A stretch of 64,000 nt of DNA from Clostridia bacterium (GTDB lineage: Bacteria; Bacillota; Clostridia; Monoglobales; Firm-18), in the NCBI GenBank assembly GCA_045660545.1, contig JAZREA010000019.1:21179-85178 (forward strand). The letters run 5' to 3'. Position numbers and translations under genes: made by a program. The number at the start of each line of letters is the position of its first letter. Position 1 is the stretch's first letter. Positions 53,848-63,575 of the stretch are shown here, piece by piece. The notes under the pieces were generated by a model. It was not told where the DNA came from. It did no database searches and was given only the letters and a program-made list of their open reading frames with translations.

Positions 53848-54525
53848 CTATTTAGCTATATAAACATTCGGGATTTTACCAAGTATTATTGTTTCGCTCA
53901 GCATACTCTCGGAGGAGACTGTTGTCTTTAACTCTTCGTAGGGTAAAATAATCAAAATTTCAACACTTATAATCATTGAAATCTTGTGCTTGGTCTGGTT
54001 TATCCCTGCGCTTTCAAACCGGTTGTCGATTTCTGCTTTTGGGGTGCCTGATATAAGCACTCTTATCGGAATTGACGGGCCGCGGCCTGAGAATAAGCTG
54101 CTTTTGGTTATGTTACCAAGCGGTATGCTTAGTTCATTATAGTTTGAATTACTTAGAAGCTCTACAAGCTTTTTACTCGATTTCAGCTTGATTTCGTTAA
54201 TGATTTTTGTGTTTTTATCTATCGAAACTATGTTTCCGTTTTCGTCCTTTGTTATCACTGAAAGCTTTGAATAATCGATATTGCTTTTGGCGGTTTCGGT
54301 TGATGTTTTGTTAATAAGATCAATAGCGTACAACTTTGCCTCCGATACAGCAAGATTGGTAAGCAACGGACGAAGTGAGCGCTCTGTTAAGTTGTAAACA
54401 AGAGTTGTAGAAACGAGCATAATGGATACAATCAGAAGAAGAGCAACCTTTTTGCTGTTCAGGTTAAGGCTATAAATTAAGCGTGATTTATGCTTGTTAT
54501 ATGAGCTTTTCATCTTTGTCCTCAT
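53848..54525 (-). CDS. yunB: Sporulation protein YunB
   Basis: N-terminal TM, IPLG, GPSIP, FESAGINQTKH, GKIPN. Confidence 0.88.
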   Translation of the reverse strand: MRTKMKSSYNKHKSRLIYSLNLNSKKVALLLIVSIMLVSTTLVYNLTERSLRPLLTNLAVSEAKLYAIDLINKTSTETAKSNIDYSKLSVITKDENGNIVSIDKNTKIINEIKLKSSKKLVELLSNSNYNELSIPLGNITKSSLFSGRGPSIPIRVLISGTPKAEIDNRFESAGINQTKHKISMIISVEILIILPYEELKTTVSSESMLSETIILGKIPNVYIAK

Positions 54526-54599
54526 TTCATATTTAATGTTTGGTTTAATATAAATATATTAGCTTTAATAAAATATTAAACCTATATTCAGGAGGAGCT

Positions 54600-54836
54600 A
54601 TGAGCAGATATGCAGATTTGAGGAACAAAGAAATAATCAATGTTGTTGACGGAAAAAGGCTGGGGTATGTTTGCGATGTGGATTTTGACCTGTCTTGTGG
54701 TACGGTTTCAGCGCTGATTGTGCCTCACAAAATAAGCTTTTTGGGTCTGTTTGGGAAGAAGGATGAATACGTTATCCCGTGGGAAAATATCAAAAAAATT
54801 GGTGATGATATAATTATTGTTGAAATTTGTCTTTAA
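54600..54836 (+). CDS. YlmC/YmxH PRC-barrel sporulation protein
   Basis: KEIINVVDGKRLG, IPWENIKKIGDDIIIV. Confidence 0.9.
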   Translation: MSRYADLRNKEIINVVDGKRLGYVCDVDFDLSCGTVSALIVPHKISFLGLFGKKDEYVIPWENIKKIGDDIIIVEICL

Positions 54837-54990
54837 GTGATTGAAAAAAACAAAGTATTATGATAAAATAATAAAAAGCAATTAATGGAGCTATTAATTA
54901 TGAAAGAAAATTATGATGTAATTTCTGAAATTATGAGCAAAGAAGCATAATTGCAAAATATTTAATAACGTTGTAGACGGAAGTGGTTAT

Positions 54991-55863
54991 ATGTATATAG
55001 ACAAACAAGGACAAAAATGGTATAAAGTAGGATTGCACATACACACTACGGAATCGGACGGTGCAGCAACAGTAGAAGAGTCGGCGGCTATTTATAAAGC
55101 TGCCGGTTTTGATGCGATTGCTGTTACTGACCACTGGAAATATCTCGGAGAAGATACTGTATGCGGATTAAAGTTAATTTCCGGTTGCGAATACAATATT
55201 GGTGCTTTTGACTCGATTTCGGGAGTAATGCATATTGTCGGTGTCGGAATGAAAAAAGACCCGTGCATCCAAAAACATTATACACGTCAGGAAGTTATTG
55301 ACGCTATTAACGAAAGCGGCGGGATTGCTATTTTAGCACATCCTGCGTGGTCGTTAAATACTTTAAAGGACGCCAAAGCGCTGTCCGGCTTTGTTGCGAC
55401 AGAAATTTACAATACTGTTTCCGGCGTAAGGCAAAGCAGTCGTCCTTATTCAGGACATTTTGTTGATGTTTTGGCAAACGCAGGGATAACGTATAAATTA
55501 GTCGCAACCGACGATACACACTACTACGGCGGCGTTGACGACGCTAAATCATATATAATGGTAAACGCGGAAAATGATTCAACAGAGGAAATCCTCTCAG
55601 CTATAAAAAAAGGTAACTTTTATTCTTCGCAAGGGCCTGAACTTTATGTTACAAGGGAAGAAGATAAAATTGTTGTCAACTGCAGCAAGTGTACAAAAAT
55701 CGCCTTTTTGTCGAACGCGGCGTGGGTATCGGACAGAATAATTCGTGGAGAAAATTTAACACATGCGCAGTACCGTGTTAAAGACTTTGAAAAATGGGTA
55801 AGAGTCGAAGTAACAGACGACAACGGGAATTACGCCTGGAGCAACATTGTTGTTCTTGATTAA
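54991..55863 (+). CDS. PHP-domain metallohydrolase (paralog of 30152-31153)
   Basis: LHIHTTESDG, VTDH, AHP, ATDDTH, GNFYSSQGPE. Confidence 0.88.
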   Translation: MYIDKQGQKWYKVGLHIHTTESDGAATVEESAAIYKAAGFDAIAVTDHWKYLGEDTVCGLKLISGCEYNIGAFDSISGVMHIVGVGMKKDPCIQKHYTRQEVIDAINESGGIAILAHPAWSLNTLKDAKALSGFVATEIYNTVSGVRQSSRPYSGHFVDVLANAGITYKLVATDDTHYYGGVDDAKSYIMVNAENDSTEEILSAIKKGNFYSSQGPELYVTREEDKIVVNCSKCTKIAFLSNAAWVSDRIIRGENLTHAQYRVKDFEKWVRVEVTDDNGNYAWSNIVVLD

Positions 55864-55901
55864 AGTTCTATAATTTGTCCGGTAGAGGAGGATTTGGGTT
55901 G

Positions 55902-56300
55902 ATGAAAATTTTTGCCGCATTACTTTGCGCTTTGTTGCTTCTTTGCGGATGCTCACAGGGAACAGAGCAAAATTCGCAAAGTCCAAAGGCATCAGTATCT
56001 CAATCCGTAACGATTTTGGAAAAGGGAGACTTTTTTTTCATAACGGGTGTTGTAAACTACTCGGACGAGCCAAGTGATATTGGACAGGAATATTGCTTTA
56101 TAACAACAGGTGAGAAGGTAGAATATAATTACATAGATATTTATGGCGAGACATCCAAATGGTCGAGCGATGTGTTTTGCACCAAGGGCGAAGATACGAC
56201 CCTAATGAAAGATTATGTTGGTAAAACCGTTACAATATCAGGTGTATTTGATGCGGAGTCGCACGGAATACCCTATATAACTAATATAATTATAGAATAA
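55902..56300 (+). CDS. Putative lipoprotein
   Basis: Signal peptide ending in lipobox-like LLCGC. Confidence 0.75.
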   Translation: MKIFAALLCALLLLCGCSQGTEQNSQSPKASVSQSVTILEKGDFFFITGVVNYSDEPSDIGQEYCFITTGEKVEYNYIDIYGETSKWSSDVFCTKGEDTTLMKDYVGKTVTISGVFDAESHGIPYITNIIIE

Positions 56301-56339
56301 CATTCAGGCAAACACCGTTCTAGAATATGGGGTACTATT

Positions 56340-57257
56340 ATGAAAAAGAGATTAATTATATCCACGATTTTTATTGTCCTTGTTGCTTTGACTGTATTCT
56401 TGCTTGAAAATGTCGGAAATAATTCAAACGACGAAATGTTTAATGTAAAAAAGATGTACGCTATGCGAAATACTCCTATAACTGACAAGGTTGAGGTGCA
56501 TAGGGTGGCGAAAACGGTCAATATGACAGGATATCAATACGTGGGAGTTGATATCTGGAACGATGCTGGGAATGACAGAGTTGATGTGAAGTTTAAAGTT
56601 GATGATCGTTCTAATTACAGATATATGGATTACACAGCTATAAATAAAACAGCTGCCTTTTTGCTTGCGCTTATACCTGACGCAGATGCGGTAGCTTTTT
56701 ATGTATTTGATGAGTATGGTGATGAAAACAACCTCGAAACATCGTTTAATGGCTCGTATTTTGATAGGGAGCTTGTGCACGAACGAACAGGAATGGATAT
56801 ATTTCATAAAGAATACATAGACGCTGCTTTTAATAGCACTGAAACTTTTAATGAATATTACACAGCAGTAATGAACATTGTTGGTAAAGATACGAAATCC
56901 GACTGGCAGGATCAAATGTATGCGTTTATAGGCGATGACTGCGAAATAGTAGTAAATAGCGGTATGGGAGTAGATATTGCACTTGACGATGAGTTTTTGA
57001 GCAGTGATGATTGCGCTATAATCGAAGAACTCCTTAGCGATGATGGAAGAGGAGTCGACTTTTCATCTTATCCCGGTAAGGGAGAAAGTGTTCATATTGC
57101 CAAATACGATGTTCGTAATTTTAAAACCGGCGTAACCAGAAAATGTGCAATTGCATATTGCTATCATAATGAAACAGGACTTATGATGCTTGCACAAAAG
57201 TTTTTGGATAAACCTGATGACATACAAATTTTCCGTAATCAAATTACTAAAAGATAG
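56340..57257 (+). CDS. Membrane-anchored hypothetical protein (DUF4825-like)
   Basis: N-terminal TM; weak recalled resemblance to DUF4825. Confidence 0.6.
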   Translation: MKKRLIISTIFIVLVALTVFLLENVGNNSNDEMFNVKKMYAMRNTPITDKVEVHRVAKTVNMTGYQYVGVDIWNDAGNDRVDVKFKVDDRSNYRYMDYTAINKTAAFLLALIPDADAVAFYVFDEYGDENNLETSFNGSYFDRELVHERTGMDIFHKEYIDAAFNSTETFNEYYTAVMNIVGKDTKSDWQDQMYAFIGDDCEIVVNSGMGVDIALDDEFLSSDDCAIIEELLSDDGRGVDFSSYPGKGESVHIAKYDVRNFKTGVTRKCAIAYCYHNETGLMMLAQKFLDKPDDIQIFRNQITKR

Positions 57258-57340
57258 CTATGAACCGGGCGGACATGCGAAACCGGTAGTTACAACAGAA
57301 GAGGGGTTAATATCCCTGTACTTAAAAAATAGTATATGCA

Positions 57341-57368
57341 ACTTCGTGAAATAAATATTTCGCGAAGT
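57341..57368. other. Candidate dif recombination site
   Basis: ACTTCGTGAAA-TAAATA-TTTCGCGAAGT: 11-6-11 inverted repeat (10/11) just upstream of a Xer gene. Confidence 0.7.
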
Positions 57369-57391
57369 ACGAGGGAGGTGTTTTTGGCGAT

Positions 57392-58360
57392 ATGATTAAT
57401 TTTGACGACTGTACCCCTGAATTAAAGGATTTTCTTACATATTTAGAGGTTATCAAAGGTAAATCAAATAACACTGTTAATGCATACTATTACGATTTAA
57501 GACTGTTTTATAAATTTGTAAAGTACAAAAACAACAGCTCTTTTAAATTGGAACAAATCGATGAGCTTCAGATTAACGATGTACCTTTTGAACAAATCAA
57601 AAAGATACGCCTTACTGATTTGTATGAATATATGAATTACGTTAACAGATATCGTTCCAATTCTTCTTCCGCACGTGCCCGTAAGGTTTCATCGCTGAAA
57701 ACGTATTTTAAATACCTGACCAACAAGGCCGAGCTGATTGACATAGACCCAACTGTCGAGCTTGATGCGCCGAAAATCAGCAAAAGGATGCCCAGATATC
57801 TCGATTTGGACAGCAGTATTAAACTGTTAGACGCTGCGCAGACACTAAATGAGCGTGATTTTTGCATATTAACTTTGCTTTTGAACTGTGGGCTGCGTGT
57901 ATCTGAACTGGTTTCAATTAATCTTACAGATATCAGCGAGAGCAACCTTAGAGTTATAGGTAAAGGCGACAAGGAACGCCAGGTTTTCCTTAATCAGTCA
58001 TGTATAGATGCTATAAACAACTATCTCTCTGTACGTCCAAAGGCTAAGCACGGCTCTGAAAACGCGCTGTTTTTAAACCATCACGACGCAAGGCTTGGAG
58101 TGCGCGGAATCCAGCTTATAGTTAAGAAATATCTTATGCTTGCCGGGCTTGATTATAATTCATACACTACTCACAAGCTCCGCCATACGGCAGCAACGCT
58201 TATGTATAAGCATGGAAACGTTGACGTTTTGACGTTGCAAAAGATTTTGGGCCATACCAATCTTTCAACTACACAAATATACACCCACACGGACGATAAG
58301 CAAATTGAAAATGCTATTAAAAGCAATCCACTGGCGCAATATTCTCCTAAGGACAATTAA
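57392..58360 (+). CDS. xerC: XerC-family tyrosine recombinase
   Basis: GLRVSEL, GKGDKER, HKLRHT, LGH, TTQIY catalytic residues. Confidence 0.9.
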   Translation: MINFDDCTPELKDFLTYLEVIKGKSNNTVNAYYYDLRLFYKFVKYKNNSSFKLEQIDELQINDVPFEQIKKIRLTDLYEYMNYVNRYRSNSSSARARKVSSLKTYFKYLTNKAELIDIDPTVELDAPKISKRMPRYLDLDSSIKLLDAAQTLNERDFCILTLLLNCGLRVSELVSINLTDISESNLRVIGKGDKERQVFLNQSCIDAINNYLSVRPKAKHGSENALFLNHHDARLGVRGIQLIVKKYLMLAGLDYNSYTTHKLRHTAATLMYKHGNVDVLTLQKILGHTNLSTTQIYTHTDDKQIENAIKSNPLAQYSPKDN

Positions 58361-58373
58361 TACTTTACATATT

Positions 58374-58412
58374 AAAAGACAGCTTTAAAATTAAATCCGG
58401 CTGTCTTTTTTT
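58374..58412. terminator. Bidirectional terminator
   Basis: AAAAGACAGC...GCTGTCTTTTTT between convergent genes. Confidence 0.7.
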
Positions 58413-58420
58413 ATAAAAAT

Positions 58421-58588
58421 TTATTGATTTTCAGGCTTTTCTACATCACTAATAGCTATTTCGGCATAATCACCTTCAAATTCTATGCATTTACCACAGT
58501 TATCACAGATTTTGCTTGAATCTAAATCGCAAATATTACATTCGCCGCAGTCAATGCATCCTCTATCATATAAAATACATTTTTTCAT
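58421..58588 (-). CDS. 55-aa Cys-rich protein (ferredoxin/zinc-binding-like)
   Basis: MKKCILYDRGCIDCGECNICDLDSSKICDNCGKCIE..., 8 Cys. Confidence 0.75.
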   Translation of the reverse strand: MKKCILYDRGCIDCGECNICDLDSSKICDNCGKCIEFEGDYAEIAISDVEKPENQ

Positions 58589-58613
58589 AATCATTTTAGT
58601 TTACATAATAAAA

Positions 58614-59543
58614 TTATGGTAAAACTATCTCCTTTAAAATATCTTTTAAAACTTCAACATCCGAAAGGTAAACCCATTCGTTAGGTGTATATAGGTTTTT
58701 AATCGGTATACCAATAGCTAAAACATTCGATATTGTTGAATTTCTTTGCATAAAGCCTGCTTCACAAATCAGCTTGTCTGTTACTAACCTTTGAATCTTG
58801 TCGTATTTATCAAGCTTTTGAGTAATTTTTATATCTGCTATATAGTTTTTATCTCTTAGAATTACAACAGGTCCATTACCTAAGATTGCCTCTTCGTCTT
58901 CTACTGCACAAATGTTATATAATTCGTCAATATCTACACCGTAAAGCGCAGTTTGTGCACCTTTTTTATCACAATAATTTTGAGCAGAAAATACAAAGTA
59001 ATATTCGAATAGTGAATCTCTGACCTCACGTGCCAAATCACACAAAATTTTGCAACAAACCGACCTTTCTAAAGCTTTTCCTACAATGAATTTATCACTT
59101 TGAGTTAAATTGTTGCTAAAAACAAGGGTTTTTGATATCAATTCACTGTTAAGTATATTTGCTTTACACTTTGATAAAACATTCAGTTTGTAACCATCAA
59201 CCTTGCCATAATTTCCTTTTATTTCGTCATTTTGTGTGTTTAAAAAACAATTTCCGCTATTATCAGACAGTAAAATATTGTGTAATGATTTCGACTTTAC
59301 AGTGCCTATTGATGATGTGACGACAAAATCAGGTGAATTATGATGAGTAATTATAAAGCCTGTCTCATCCATAGGTGCTGTAATGGCAATTTTCTTGCCC
59401 TTACCGGCCTTGTGTATAATCAAATTACCCAAACTATCAACTTTTATATCGGAATAGAAATCGTTAAGTTCATTTATAATTATATTCCTTACTTCCTCTT
59501 CTCTGCCTGACGGCGAATAACAGTCTGAAAGTTTTTTAATCAT
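58614..59543 (-). CDS. M42 peptidase homolog lacking metal ligands
   Basis: SPSGREEEV, DSLGNLI retained; APMDE, ALERS, AQNY, LYTP replace the catalytic motifs. Confidence 0.8.
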   Translation of the reverse strand: MIKKLSDCYSPSGREEEVRNIIINELNDFYSDIKVDSLGNLIIHKAGKGKKIAITAPMDETGFIITHHNSPDFVVTSSIGTVKSKSLHNILLSDNSGNCFLNTQNDEIKGNYGKVDGYKLNVLSKCKANILNSELISKTLVFSNNLTQSDKFIVGKALERSVCCKILCDLAREVRDSLFEYYFVFSAQNYCDKKGAQTALYGVDIDELYNICAVEDEEAILGNGPVVILRDKNYIADIKITQKLDKYDKIQRLVTDKLICEAGFMQRNSTISNVLAIGIPIKNLYTPNEWVYLSDVEVLKDILKEIVLP

Positions 59544-60546
59544 TTATAATCACCTTGCTTTCTAAAAATGCTTTTATGAGAGCTATTGTGTTTTCTATAT
59601 CTTCCAAGCTTGCTACGTTAGATTGAGAGTGAATATATCTGCACGGAACAGATACAGAAGCAACCTTGTATCCTCCACCGCTTACTTGTATCGATGACGA
59701 GTCGTTTCCGCCCTTTGTAGTTTGCTTATATTGCCATTTAATATTGCGCTTTTTAGCAACATTTATAATTTCATTAGTTAGCCCGATGTCTGCGTAAGCA
59801 CCGCCATCACGCATCGAAAGCGCAGGTCCGCACTTTAAATGGGTGGAAAAACCAAATTCATCAGTACCGGGTACATCAGAGCAAGTAGTTCCCTCTAAAA
59901 CAATAGCGAATATCGGGTTAATAGCTTTTGCGGTAATTTTCGCGCCTCTGCAACCAACTTCTTCTTGCACAACAAAGGTATAATAAATGTCAAGCTCCTT
60001 TTGAACCTTAGCAATTTCGGTTAAGATATAGCATCCGATCCTATCGTCCAAAGCCTTGGATTTTACCATATTGTCGCCAAAGAGAACAAAACCGCTGTCA
60101 AAACATGCGTAATCGCCGATTTCTATATACCTTTTCGCATCCTCTCGAGAGGTTGCTCCTATATCTATATAAAGGTCGGATTCTGATACGTTTTTCGCCT
60201 CTTTCTGGTGGTGTGCGGGCGCAGTACCTATAACTCCTCCTACTTTGTTTTCGCCTATTACTACACGCTTTGATATTAATACGTTAGGGTCGATACCTCC
60301 TACGGTTTGGAATTTCAAGTATCCATCCTCGGTAATGTGCGAAATTATAAAACCAACCTCGTCCATATGTGCACTTAACATTATGCTTTTCCCGCCGATT
60401 AGTTTACCTTTTTGGTGGCAAATGAGGTTGCCCATTTTATCTTCGTAAACCTCGTCGCAGTAATTGGACATAAAATCCGAAAGTATTTTCCTAACTTCAT
60501 CTTCACATCCTGATGGTCCAAAAGCGGATGACAGTGTTTTAAGCAT
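59536..60546 (-). CDS. M42 family metallopeptidase
   Basis: SAHMDEVG, KALDDR, QEEVG, RYIHS. Confidence 0.93.
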   Translation of the reverse strand: MLKTLSSAFGPSGCEDEVRKILSDFMSNYCDEVYEDKMGNLICHQKGKLIGGKSIMLSAHMDEVGFIISHITEDGYLKFQTVGGIDPNVLISKRVVIGENKVGGVIGTAPAHHQKEAKNVSESDLYIDIGATSREDAKRYIEIGDYACFDSGFVLFGDNMVKSKALDDRIGCYILTEIAKVQKELDIYYTFVVQEEVGCRGAKITAKAINPIFAIVLEGTTCSDVPGTDEFGFSTHLKCGPALSMRDGGAYADIGLTNEIINVAKKRNIKWQYKQTTKGGNDSSSIQVSGGGYKVASVSVPCRYIHSQSNVASLEDIENTIALIKAFLESKVIIND

Positions 60547-61552
60547 CAAACACACCCCCTTGTAAAGCAGAGTGAATGCAATTTATGGCGTTTTCTATTG
60601 CATCTGAGTTAACTGTTTCAACGGTTGTGTGCATATACTTAATCGGCACCGAAACCAAAACGCACCTTACACCAAGCCCGGAAACCTGTATTGGCCACGA
60701 GTTTGTGCCCGGATTTGAGGAACAAACTTCCTTTTCGAACGGAATATTCTTTGCTTTGCAGACATCCATAAGTTTGTTTGTAGCTAATCTGTCCAAGTTT
60801 GGCCCAACGGCGACAGTTATCAATCCGTCTGTTTTAAAACCGTTTTCTTCGTTGGTGTATGGAGAAATGCCAAACGTAACGTCTACCACAACCGCAAAGT
60901 CGGGATTTAACTTTTCCGCAGACCGTACAGCACCTCTGCAGCCTACTTCTTCCTGTGTTGAAAACAAAGCGGTAACGTTATAGGGCGATTTTTCGTTTTT
61001 AAGCCTTTTTAGGCATTCAAGCAGTACGAATACACCAACTCTGTTATCAAGAGCTCCTGAGGCGTAAAAATCGTTTTTAAGCTCTGAAAATTTGGAACAA
61101 AGACTTATAGTGTCTCCGATTGTGACTATTTTTTCGATTTCTTCCTTCGAAAGGCCACAGTCAATATACATTTCACCGCAATCGGACAGCTTTTTATCGT
61201 CTTCGTTTTGCAGGTGTGGCGGTTTTGCGCCGATTATTCCAAAAAGCTCCTTTTTGCCGTGGACAGTAACCTCTGCGGTAGGTAAAATTGATGGGTTAAT
61301 TCCGCCGGATTTAGCAAATTTTATAAATCCGTTTTCGTCAATGCTTTTAACAACAAGCCCGATTTGGTCTATGTGTGCTTCTAAAAGCACATTTGTATCT
61401 GATGAGTTGTTAATTTTAGCCACAACACTTCCTGCGTCGTCGATATATACGTCGTCGCAAAAATCGCTTGCATATTCTTTAATTGTATTTGCAATTTCGG
61501 CTTCTGCACCGGATACTGCGCTAACCGAACAAAGCTTGTCTAGCAATTGCAT
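60539..61552 (-). CDS. M42 family metallopeptidase
   Basis: EAHIDQIG, ALDNR, QEEVG, VDVT, YMHT. Confidence 0.93.
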   Translation of the reverse strand: MQLLDKLCSVSAVSGAEAEIANTIKEYASDFCDDVYIDDAGSVVAKINNSSDTNVLLEAHIDQIGLVVKSIDENGFIKFAKSGGINPSILPTAEVTVHGKKELFGIIGAKPPHLQNEDDKKLSDCGEMYIDCGLSKEEIEKIVTIGDTISLCSKFSELKNDFYASGALDNRVGVFVLLECLKRLKNEKSPYNVTALFSTQEEVGCRGAVRSAEKLNPDFAVVVDVTFGISPYTNEENGFKTDGLITVAVGPNLDRLATNKLMDVCKAKNIPFEKEVCSSNPGTNSWPIQVSGLGVRCVLVSVPIKYMHTTVETVNSDAIENAINCIHSALQGGVFDA

Positions 61553-61616
61553 AAAACCACCCCGTTATATGAAATAAGCACCTATAAAATATTATAAGTG
61601 CTTAAATACTAAAATA

Positions 61617-63575
61617 TTATTCTTCTGTTTCTGCAACTTCTGCAGATTCAGCTGCTTCTTCAACAGTCTCGGGCTCGATTAAAGCTCTCATGCTGAGGCT
61701 GATTTTCTTATTTTCAGGGTCGAACTCTGTTACCTTAGCTTCAACTTCGTCTCCTACTTTAAGTACGCTGGAAACAGTGTCGATGTGCTTGTTGGCAATC
61801 TGTGAGATGTGGATAAGACCGTCAACAAAAGGAATGATTTCTGCAAAAGCACCGAAAGAAACGATTCTTACAATCTTTGCCTTTACAACGTCGCCAACAG
61901 CAACCTTTGTCTTAATGATTTCCCAAGGGTTGTCCTCAGCCTTTTTGTATCCCAAGGAAACTTTGTTAGATTCCTTATCAAGTGAAAGAATAAACACGTT
62001 AACCTTGTCGCCAACTTTAAGTATATCTGATGGGTGCTTAACTCTGCCCCATGAAAGCTCAGAGATGTGAACAAGACCGTCAACGCCGCCAACATCAACA
62101 AAAGCACCAAAGTTTGTAATAGATTTTACAGTACCAACGTATTCTTTGCCAACTTCAGCGCTAGCCCAAAATTCTTCAAGCTGCTTGGAAACAACTTCAT
62201 CAGCAACTGATTTGATTGAACCAACAATCTTTCTTCTTCTTGGGTTAAATTCGATAAGTCTGAACTGTACTTCGTTTCCAACCAAAGTTTCAAGGTCTTT
62301 AACGAATCTTGAAGAAGCCTGTCTTGCAGGAACGAAAACTCTTGTTCCGTTAGATAAAACAATAACACCGCCGTTAACTGCATCTATAATCTTACCATCG
62401 AGTATTTCTTTGGTCTCAACAGCTTCCATAAGCTTCTTCTGGCCGGCAATAATATCGAGCTTTTTCTTAGAAAGCTTAACAGTACCTTCAACGTCGTTAA
62501 CTCTAACAACGAATACGTCGATTTCCTCACCAACCTTCACTATATCTTCAGGAGATACAGACGGGTCGTCGCTGAGCTCTCCTACAGGAATAATTCCATC
62601 GGCCTTCGAGCCAAGGTCTACATAAACCTCAGTTGGTGTAATACCGATGACAATGCCTTTAACAATATCTCCTGTTCTAAGGCTCACCAATGATTTTTCC
62701 AGCTCTTCTGCAAAGCTGATTTCGTCTGTTACTTCCATAACTTTTTCTTTTGACATTTTACTAATGACCTCCTTAATTATCCATTCCGGTGTCGAGGCTC
62801 CCGCCGTGATACCGATGTTACGGCCATTCCAAGTCTCATTAGGTAACTCGGACGCCGTTTGTATATGATACGTATTGGGACATTGTCCCATACAGATATC
62901 AACAAGCTTTTTGGTATTGGAGCTGTGTCCTCCGCCAATAACTATCATAGTGTCGACTTCTGATGCAAGTTCTTTCGCTTCTGTCTGTCGTTCATCAGTC
63001 GCACTACATATTGTATCAAAAATCTCTACCAATTGGCAAGATGTTTTTGAAAATTTTTTTATATTTTTCCAAATATTTACAGAAAAGGTAGTTTGAACCA
63101 CAATACAAGTCGGCTCGGTTATCTTTAAACTTTGAAAATCCTCTTCTGTGCAAACAATATCTGCACAATTATCGCACCAACCGTTGATGCCTATGACCTC
63201 GGGGTGTGTTTTGTCGCCGACAATTATGATTTTTTTACCTTCATTATGCTTTTTCTGTACGATTTTATGAATCTTTTTCACAAACGGGCACGTGGTGTCA
63301 ATAATGTTGCATCCCTTTGCTTCTAACTCTTCGTACGTTGATTTTGGGACACCGTGTGTCCTTATAATTACGGTACTGTTGTCCGGTATATCGCTTGCAA
63401 AATCAAGCGCAAATACGTTTTTTTCCTCTAAGAACTTAACAACCTGTTCGTTATGAATAAGAGGCCCAAGTGTATAGATTTTATCGTCGGTCTGCCCCGC
63501 AATGTCGAGCGTAATATCAACCGCGCGTTTAACGCCAAAGCAAAACCCTGCACTTTTAGCAAGCTTAACAGCCAT
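61617..63575 (-). CDS. ispH: Fused IspH (HMBPP reductase) / ribosomal protein S1
   Basis: AGFCFGVKRA, TCPFV, TICSAT, SSNT, GITAGASTP; C-terminal S1 repeats (FGAFVD, GLVHISE). Confidence 0.95.
   Translation of the reverse strand: MAVKLAKSAGFCFGVKRAVDITLDIAGQTDDKIYTLGPLIHNEQVVKFLEEKNVFALDFASDIPDNSTVIIRTHGVPKSTYEELEAKGCNIIDTTCPFVKKIHKIVQKKHNEGKKIIIVGDKTHPEVIGINGWCDNCADIVCTEEDFQSLKITEPTCIVVQTTFSVNIWKNIKKFSKTSCQLVEIFDTICSATDERQTEAKELASEVDTMIVIGGGHSSNTKKLVDICMGQCPNTYHIQTASELPNETWNGRNIGITAGASTPEWIIKEVISKMSKEKVMEVTDEISFAEELEKSLVSLRTGDIVKGIVIGITPTEVYVDLGSKADGIIPVGELSDDPSVSPEDIVKVGEEIDVFVVRVNDVEGTVKLSKKKLDIIAGQKKLMEAVETKEILDGKIIDAVNGGVIVLSNGTRVFVPARQASSRFVKDLETLVGNEVQFRLIEFNPRRRKIVGSIKSVADEVVSKQLEEFWASAEVGKEYVGTVKSITNFGAFVDVGGVDGLVHISELSWGRVKHPSDILKVGDKVNVFILSLDKESNKVSLGYKKAEDNPWEIIKTKVAVGDVVKAKIVRIVSFGAFAEIIPFVDGLIHISQIANKHIDTVSSVLKVGDEVEAKVTEFDPENKKISLSMRALIEPETVEEAAESAEVAETEE

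Noticed and set aside
57392-58360. XerC as integron integrase for the cassette array
   Set aside because: About 30 kb away, lacks the IntI-specific insertion, and has its own dif-like site; more likely housekeeping.
61617-63575. IspH-S1 fusion as a novelty
   Set aside because: Common arrangement in Clostridia.
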